This document shows, piece by piece, positions 58,620 through 64,000 of a stretch of 64,000 bases of DNA; positions within the stretch are counted from its first letter, which is position 1, and every line of letters begins with the position of its first letter. The position numbers were made by a program, and so were the translations under genes. The notes beneath the pieces were generated by a model. That model saw nothing but the letters and a program-made list of their open reading frames with translations, was not told the origin of the DNA and did not search any database. The stretch lies in NCBI GenBank assembly GCA_963713865.1, contig OY970208.1, forward strand, positions 2,016,001 through 2,080,000. The letters run 5' to 3'. The stretch is from an uncultured candidate division Zixibacteria bacterium. Lineage in GTDB: Bacteria; Zixibacteria; MSB-5A5; RBG-16-43-9.

Positions 58620-59031
58620 CTGCTCCCTGTTCTAAGGTTTGAGGGGAAAGACACCTTTACTATATAGCAATTTATTTCCTGCCTGCATTTTTTACTATTG
58701 TCTAATTTTTGTTTTCATTGGCATCTACTTTTCGAAGATAAATAATAACGCACCCGCTTAAAAAAGTCAAGCATAGATGTTTTAAAAAATATTTTTAAAT
58801 CAAATTATTTACTTTTTTGATTAATCCTCGAACCTAAAATTAATCATACACTTTTAAAACTTCAGTTAATACTGACATACGATAAGTTTTTTAATGATAA
58901 GCCCTTAGCCCAGATAGATTTTTTATAGGACTGGTTGATCTTATATGTTAGTGTCCGATAGGATCGTTTGACATTAAGACATACATATACCCGACTTCCA
59001 TAACGCTCACCATCGTGTCGGGCGAGTATCT

Positions 59032-59166
59032 TGTTATTGCTAAGAATCCACAATAGGGGGACGACGAAACAATCTGTATCTATTGAGTATACGGATTACT
59101 TCACTCCCTCCAGTCGCTCGCAATGTCTCCTAATAAGAGAACGTCAGGGATAAACCCGGACGCTAT
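59032..59166. repeat. Inverted pair of GTCATTGCGAG..GAAGCAATC-like repeats plus a GTAG REP
   Basis: TGTTATTGCTAAG...GACGACGAAACAATCT and GGATTACTTC...GCTCGCAATGTC. CGTCAGGGATAAACCCGGACGCTA is close to the reverse complement of the 901 REP. Confidence 0.55.
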
Positions 59167-59204
59167 ATTTTCCCCTTTGAACTTTTGAGCTTTTGAACCC
59201 TTTT

Positions 59205-60452
59205 TTATCCTTCTACACTTTCTATAAGCCCCCCACCAATCACCTTTTCCCCTTCATAGAAAACTGCTGACTGACCTGGAGTGATTGCCCTTTCAGGTTT
59301 TTCAAATTCGACTAAAACCCTTAGTGGAGTGCAAGAGCTTGCTCTTGCATTTCTTCCATAAGCATCAGCCTCAAGGTCAACATCGACAAGCTGATGCATT
59401 CCTGTATCTTGCCACCTCTTCACATCTTCGGGAAATAGAGAAATTGTGGCTTTTGCAGGAGAATGCAGGTACCTGATTTTAACTGAACAGTTCAATTTTT
59501 CTTTGAGCTCAGGGATGGAAATCCAATTCAATTGAGACACAATAAAAGTAGTCTTAAAGAGGTCTTTGTTCTCACCTATATAAATCACATTTTCATCCGG
59601 GTCGATTTTAACCACATACAAAGGCTTTCCAAAAGCAATCTTCAGCCCTCTTCTCTGCCCGATAGTATAAAAAGGAACCCCTTTATGCTCGCCAATTTTT
59701 TTCTTCTTTAGATCATAAATAGGTCCAGGCTTTATTTGGTCAGAAAATTTTTGCAAAGCTACATCGTTCCATTCTTTTAAAAAACGCTCATAATCATCAT
59801 CCGGCACAAAGCAAATCTCCTGGCTTTCTTCTTTGAAAGCAGTTTTTAGATTATATTTTTTGGCTAACTCCCTAACCTCTTTTTTAGTCAGCTCCCCTAA
59901 GGGGAAAATCGTCTTGGAGAGATTCTCCTGAGACAGTCCCCATAAGGCATAAGACTGGTCCTTCTGAGCATCGATACCTTTTAGAAGTAGAAACCTTTTC
60001 TCTTTTTCTGAGTATTTTATCCGGGCATAATGACCAGTAGCCAGAAACTCTGCCCCAAGTTCTTTCGCTCTATCCCATAGCAGTTTCCATTTTATCCCAG
60101 TATTACAAACTATACAGGGATTAGGAGTTCTCCCCTTTTTGTATTCCTCTACGAAATTATTAATAACCTTATCTTTGAATTTTTCTTTGAAATCCAAAAC
60201 ATAATGGGGGATTCCAAGTTTTTGGCAGATATTCCGGGCATCATTCATTGCTTCCAGTGAACAGCACCTGCCATCTTTATATAAATCTCCTCCGACATCT
60301 GAATAATCCCAGAGCTTGAGGGTAATCCCGATAACCTCAAAACCTTTATCTTTTCCTAAGGATTCAGATTCGGATAATAGAAAAGCTGCCAGTGATGAGT
60401 CCACCCCGCCAGACATCGCCACCACCACCTGCGGTTTTGATGTTTTTATCAT
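59205..60452 (-). CDS. mnmA: tRNA 2-thiouridine(34) synthase MnmA, with two apparent in-frame insertions
   Basis: AMSGGVDSS, TPNPCIVCN, ATGHYA, KDQSY, ESQEICF, YTIGQRRG, AITPGQSAVFY. Confidence 0.95.
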   Translation of the reverse strand: MIKTSKPQVVVAMSGGVDSSLAAFLLSESESLGKDKGFEVIGITLKLWDYSDVGGDLYKDGRCCSLEAMNDARNICQKLGIPHYVLDFKEKFKDKVINNFVEEYKKGRTPNPCIVCNTGIKWKLLWDRAKELGAEFLATGHYARIKYSEKEKRFLLLKGIDAQKDQSYALWGLSQENLSKTIFPLGELTKKEVRELAKKYNLKTAFKEESQEICFVPDDDYERFLKEWNDVALQKFSDQIKPGPIYDLKKKKIGEHKGVPFYTIGQRRGLKIAFGKPLYVVKIDPDENVIYIGENKDLFKTTFIVSQLNWISIPELKEKLNCSVKIRYLHSPAKATISLFPEDVKRWQDTGMHQLVDVDLEADAYGRNARASSCTPLRVLVEFEKPERAITPGQSAVFYEGEKVIGGGLIESVEG

Positions 60453-60468
60453 TTCCTGTAAATCCGAT

Positions 60469-60846
60469 TTAGGATTTTTTATTTCTATTCTTGTAATCTT
60501 CTATAGCTTTATGTAAAGCATCAGCCGCTAAATTTGAACAGTGCATTTTATTAGCAGGAAGCCCATCTAATGCTTCAGCCACTGTCTGCTTGGAAATTTT
60601 CTCTGCCTCTTCTAAAGTCTTATTTTTAACCAGCTCCGTGATCATACTCGAAGTCGCAATAGCGGCGCCACATCCAAATGTTTTGAATTTCGCTTCCGTA
60701 ATCCGATTATCCTTTACCCTGATATAAAGTTTCATAATATCGCCACATACTGGATTACCGATTTCCCCTACACCGTCAGCATTTTCAATTTCACCCACGT
60801 TTCTCGGGTTTTGAAAATGTTCCATTACTTTAGCGCTATATGGCAT
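60469..60846 (-). CDS. iscU: Fe-S scaffold IscU/NifU-N
   Basis: HFQNPRNVG, PVCGD, FGCG, KMHCS. Confidence 0.93.
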   Translation of the reverse strand: MPYSAKVMEHFQNPRNVGEIENADGVGEIGNPVCGDIMKLYIRVKDNRITEAKFKTFGCGAAIATSSMITELVKNKTLEEAEKISKQTVAEALDGLPANKMHCSNLAADALHKAIEDYKNRNKKS

Positions 60847-60896
60847 ATTATCCTCTTTTTATATAATTAGTTATATTATTATCTTAGAGTATTACA

Positions 60897-62069
60897 CTAA
60901 GCCTTCTCTTTTTGATAAATAGGCGACATAGCTCTCAATCTTGAAACTATCTCTGGCAGCACTTCGACCGCATAATCTATGTCATCTATAGTATTACTCC
61001 TTCCAAAACTAAACCTTAAAGAACTCTGGGCTAAATCCGGAGGCACTCCCATAGCAGAGAGAACATGAGATGGTTCCAAGGTACCTGAAGTGCAGGCAGA
61101 GCCTGAAGCAACTGCTATCCCCTTTAAATCCAGGCTCAAAATAATCGACTCGCCTTCTACTCCCTTAAAGGAAAGGTTTAAGGTATTCGGGATTCTAAGC
61201 TCAGGATGACCATTTAGATAAACATCCGGAATTTTTTCTGTTATCCTCTCAAAAAATCTCTCGGAAAGATTTTTCAATCTATTATCCTCTTTCTCCATAT
61301 CCCTGTTTGCGATCTCAAGTGCTTTAGCCAGTCCCACGATTCCAGGGACATTCTCAGTTCCCGCTCTTCTTGCCTTTTCGTGATGACCTCCATGTGCCAA
61401 GGGAGTTAACCTTACCCCTCTTCTTATGTAGATTGCTCCCACTCCTTTGGGACCATAAAATTTATGAGCGGATAGTGAAAGTAAATCCACACCCAATCTA
61501 TTTACATCGATCTTTATTTTACCTGTGGATTGAACTGCATCCGTATGAAAATAAACTCCATTTTCCCTGGCAATTTTAGAGAGCTCCGGGATAGGCTCAA
61601 TTGTGCCTACTTCATTATTAGCGTGCATTATGCTAACCAGTATTGTTTCTTTTCTGATATTCTTTTTCAACTCATTCGGGTCAACCAAACCGTATCTATC
61701 TACAGGCAGATACGTTACCTCAAACCCTTCTCTTTCTAAAAACTTACAACTCTCTAAAACCGCATGATGCTCTATCTTAGAAGTTACGATATGATTCCCT
61801 TTCTTTGCATTAGCCCAGGCAATCCCTTTAACCGCTAAATTATCCGATTCAGTCCCTCCACTGGTAAAATATATCTCTAAGGGGTCTGCATTTAATAACT
61901 TTGCTACCTTCTCTCTGGATTCTTCTAAAGCTACCTTAGCCTCTCTGCCAAAACTATGGATGCTGGAGGCATTTCCAAAACCTTCTTTATAAAAAGGAAG
62001 CATCGCCTCAAGCACTTCCGGATGAACCGGAGTGGTAGCGTTATGATCTAAATAGATTTTTCTATCCAT
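60897..62069 (-). CDS. iscS: Cysteine desulfurase IscS/NifS
   Basis: YLDHNATT, GNASS.H, SAHKFYGPKG, SGSACTS. Confidence 0.95.
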   Translation of the reverse strand: MDRKIYLDHNATTPVHPEVLEAMLPFYKEGFGNASSIHSFGREAKVALEESREKVAKLLNADPLEIYFTSGGTESDNLAVKGIAWANAKKGNHIVTSKIEHHAVLESCKFLEREGFEVTYLPVDRYGLVDPNELKKNIRKETILVSIMHANNEVGTIEPIPELSKIARENGVYFHTDAVQSTGKIKIDVNRLGVDLLSLSAHKFYGPKGVGAIYIRRGVRLTPLAHGGHHEKARRAGTENVPGIVGLAKALEIANRDMEKEDNRLKNLSERFFERITEKIPDVYLNGHPELRIPNTLNLSFKGVEGESIILSLDLKGIAVASGSACTSGTLEPSHVLSAMGVPPDLAQSSLRFSFGRSNTIDDIDYAVEVLPEIVSRLRAMSPIYQKEKA

Positions 62070-62512
62070 TTTTTCGAACTCCTTTTGAAATTAATATTTA
62101 TCTTTTCTTTTTTCAAGTCTTTTAAAGTAATGCTGGAAAGCATCTCGTCGATTTTGTCTTCAAGTCTTTTCCATAAAACTCTGGTTATGCAGGTGGAAGG
62201 ACCGGTACAGCTTTTCTCCCTCAAACTCGGGTTATCACAGTAGGAAATAGAAAAAGGTCCATCTAAGGCATTAATAACCTGGCTTACCGTGATTTTATCC
62301 TCATCTAAGGCTAAAATATACCCGCCCTTAGCTCCTCTCACACTTTCCACTATGCCTGCCTTTTTTAACTTATTGAAGATCTGCTCCAGATAATCAATAG
62401 ACATCTTCTGCCTTTTAGAGAGACTCCTCAAATTAACCGGATCTTCTCTCGTAAGGGTGGAGAGATCCAGAAGCGCCCTTAAACCATATCTCCCGCGGGT
62501 TGATATATTCAT
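62048..62512 (-). CDS. iscR: Rrf2 family regulator, IscR-like
   Basis: STRGRYGLRA, YLEQIF, SVRGAKGGY, three Cys; upstream of iscS-iscU. Confidence 0.88.
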   Translation of the reverse strand: MNISTRGRYGLRALLDLSTLTREDPVNLRSLSKRQKMSIDYLEQIFNKLKKAGIVESVRGAKGGYILALDEDKITVSQVINALDGPFSISYCDNPSLREKSCTGPSTCITRVLWKRLEDKIDEMLSSITLKDLKKEKININFKRSSKKWIEKSI

Positions 62513-62541
62513 AAGCTTCCTCTTAACCTATCATCTTTTTT

Positions 62542-62575
62542 AATATACGTAATTCCTACTAAATTTGTCAAGATT
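62542..62575 (-). promoter_or_regulatory. Sigma70 promoter overlapped by an IscR-type operator
   Basis: TTGACA-N18-TATATT; 25-nt imperfect palindrome AATCTTGACAAATTTAGTAGGAATT. Confidence 0.6.
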
Positions 62576-62643
62576 AATTTCAAAATATTTTACTCCCTTC
62601 TCAAGGAAAGGATTAGCGAGATGAAGAATATGTATTCGCGGCA

Positions 62644-62759
62644 TAAGGGCAGGTTGTCCCGCCAACGGCGGGATACCCCTACCTTATTTTTTATGTGATC
62701 GTCGGGTCCCCTGACCCGATTTGCCTTAGGCGAACCAGGTCAGTCCGCCTCAGGCGGAT
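62644..62759. repeat. REP cluster with nested mini-hairpins
   Basis: TAAGGGCAGGTT[GTCCCGCCAACGGCGGGAT]ACCCCTACCTTA; TCGGGTCCCCTGACCCGA; ATTTGCCTTAGGCGAAC; GTCCGCCTCAGGCGGAT. Confidence 0.75.
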
Positions 62760-62816
62760 GGCAAGCACTAAAAATAAAACCACCCTTTTCGTTAAGCCTA
62801 AAGCCCAATGCAATAG

Positions 62817-63476
62817 TTATTTCAATCTCCTTAAAAGCTCTTTTGTAGCTTTTTTCACATCCTCTGCCATAAATATTGCTGAGATAACTGCTATTCTTCT
62901 TACACCAGTTGAGATAATCTGGTCAACATTACTTAAGTTAATACCCCCTATGGGGAAAATCGGAATATGGAGAATCTCATTTGCTTCTTTTATAATCTCC
63001 GTTCCTAAAGGTTTTGCAATATCCTTGGAACTGGTATCAAATATAGGACCAAGCCCGATATAATCAGCCCTTTCCCTCTCCTTTAATTTCGCAGTCTTAA
63101 GGTCGCAGGCAGAAGCGCCAATTATTCTCTCTGAACCCAAGATTTTCCTTGCTTCCTTTATGGGGAGGTCATCTTCACCTAAATGCACCCCTTCCGCATC
63201 AATCAGTTTTGCAACATCTACCCGGTCATTGATAATTAATGGAATTTTCTTTTTTCGGGTGATTTTTTGTATTTCTTTTGCTTTTTCCAGAAATTCTTTA
63301 TCGGATGATTCTTTATCCCGAAATTGGATCATCTGGGCACCACCCTCAATTGCAAGGCTAATCAGTTTTATTAAATCTCTATTCAAGCATAAGCCTGGAT
63401 CAGCAATAGCATAAAGCTGAACCTTTTCCAGAACCTTTTCTTTGTTTAATAACTTACTTCTTCCTGGCATTTTCAA
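62817..63476 (-). CDS. thiE: Thiamine-phosphate synthase
   Basis: QFRDK, IINDRVD, GVHLG, GPIFDTSSK, PIGGI. Confidence 0.92.
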   Translation of the reverse strand: MKMPGRSKLLNKEKVLEKVQLYAIADPGLCLNRDLIKLISLAIEGGAQMIQFRDKESSDKEFLEKAKEIQKITRKKKIPLIINDRVDVAKLIDAEGVHLGEDDLPIKEARKILGSERIIGASACDLKTAKLKERERADYIGLGPIFDTSSKDIAKPLGTEIIKEANEILHIPIFPIGGINLSNVDQIISTGVRRIAVISAIFMAEDVKKATKELLRRLK

Positions 63477-63999
63477 TTAAAGATTTGAATATAAGTTTTG
63501 AGTTTTTCTTTTCAAAGTCAACTTCCGGATGCCATTGAACTGAAAGCAAATAGTTATCTTTGATGCTCTCCATTGCCTCAATTACCCCATCCTCCTTAGA
63601 CCAGGCAGTTGCTGCAAATCCTGGGGCAATCTTTTTTATAAGCTGATGATGGCTGGTATTAACCACAATCTCTTTTTTACCAATTATTGAAAATAATTTT
63701 GAATCTTCTTTTATAATTGCTCGATGCCTCTTTTTATAATTTATAATTTTACTCCCTTTATGATCAAAAGTAGGCTCATCTCTTAAAGACAAGTCCTGAT
63801 AAAGCGTACCTCCAAAAGCTATATTTATCACCTGATGACCACGGCAGATTCCTAAAATTGGAATTTTTCTATCTCTTGCTTTTTTAACCAGTTTTAATTC
63901 AAATTTATCTCTGTCCGGGGTAAGTTTTACACTCTCATGCTCAATTTTTTCCCCGTAATAAATCGGATGAACATCATACCCACCACTTATCAGGATGCC
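63454..63999 (-). CDS. Peptidase C26 / gamma-glutamyl-gamma-aminobutyrate hydrolase family (5' truncated by window)
   Basis: Frame stays open to the window edge: GILISGGYDV...PILGICRGHQ, NTSHHQ, VQWHPE. Confidence 0.9.
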   Translation of the reverse strand, partial: GILISGGYDVHPIYYGEKIEHESVKLTPDRDKFELKLVKKARDRKIPILGICRGHQVINIAFGGTLYQDLSLRDEPTFDHKGSKIINYKKRHRAIIKEDSKLFSIIGKKEIVVNTSHHQLIKKIAPGFAATAWSKEDGVIEAMESIKDNYLLSVQWHPEVDFEKKNSKLIFKSLIENARKK

Positions 64000-64000
64000 A

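Overview
Bacterial chromosomal window from an AT-rich Gram-negative anaerobe (LPS genes, AsmA, TldDE, Fe-S and electron-bifurcation genes). Gene style would fit an uncultured FCB-related lineage such as Zixibacteria, but this cannot be verified here. Almost all genes are on the minus strand. In order: GH57 branching-enzyme 3' end; an outer-membrane beta-barrel; tldE/tldD; an LPS/envelope cluster; a 15.7-kb tandem array of six paralogous Ser/Thr kinase-(TM)-TolB-like-TPR genes with mosaic kinase domains; tadA; tRNA-Ser(CGA) followed by a 1356-aa DUF4365-TPR-PIN defence-like gene; an MSHA/type IV pilus cluster with a sigma28-like promoter; tRNA-Ser(GGA) followed by a HEPN gene; a redox operon (DRTGG proteins, RsbT-like kinase, atypical [FeFe]-hydrogenase-like protein, HydBC/NuoEF, a NuoG/FDH-like subunit without catalytic Cys/Sec, NfnAB); then mnmA-iscU-iscS-rrf2, thiE and a C26 peptidase. 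The most unusual signal is a repeat system. Many GTAG-type REP families occur, and ~15-25-nt hairpins (TCCGCC..GGCGGA / TCCCGC..GCGGGA) insert into REP loops, in-frame into genes (mnmA) and into a tRNA copy. At four loci a 5'-only, hairpin-interrupted copy of a gene lies directly upstream of an intact restart (three kinases and tRNA-Ser). Several single-base frameshifts look like sequencing errors.
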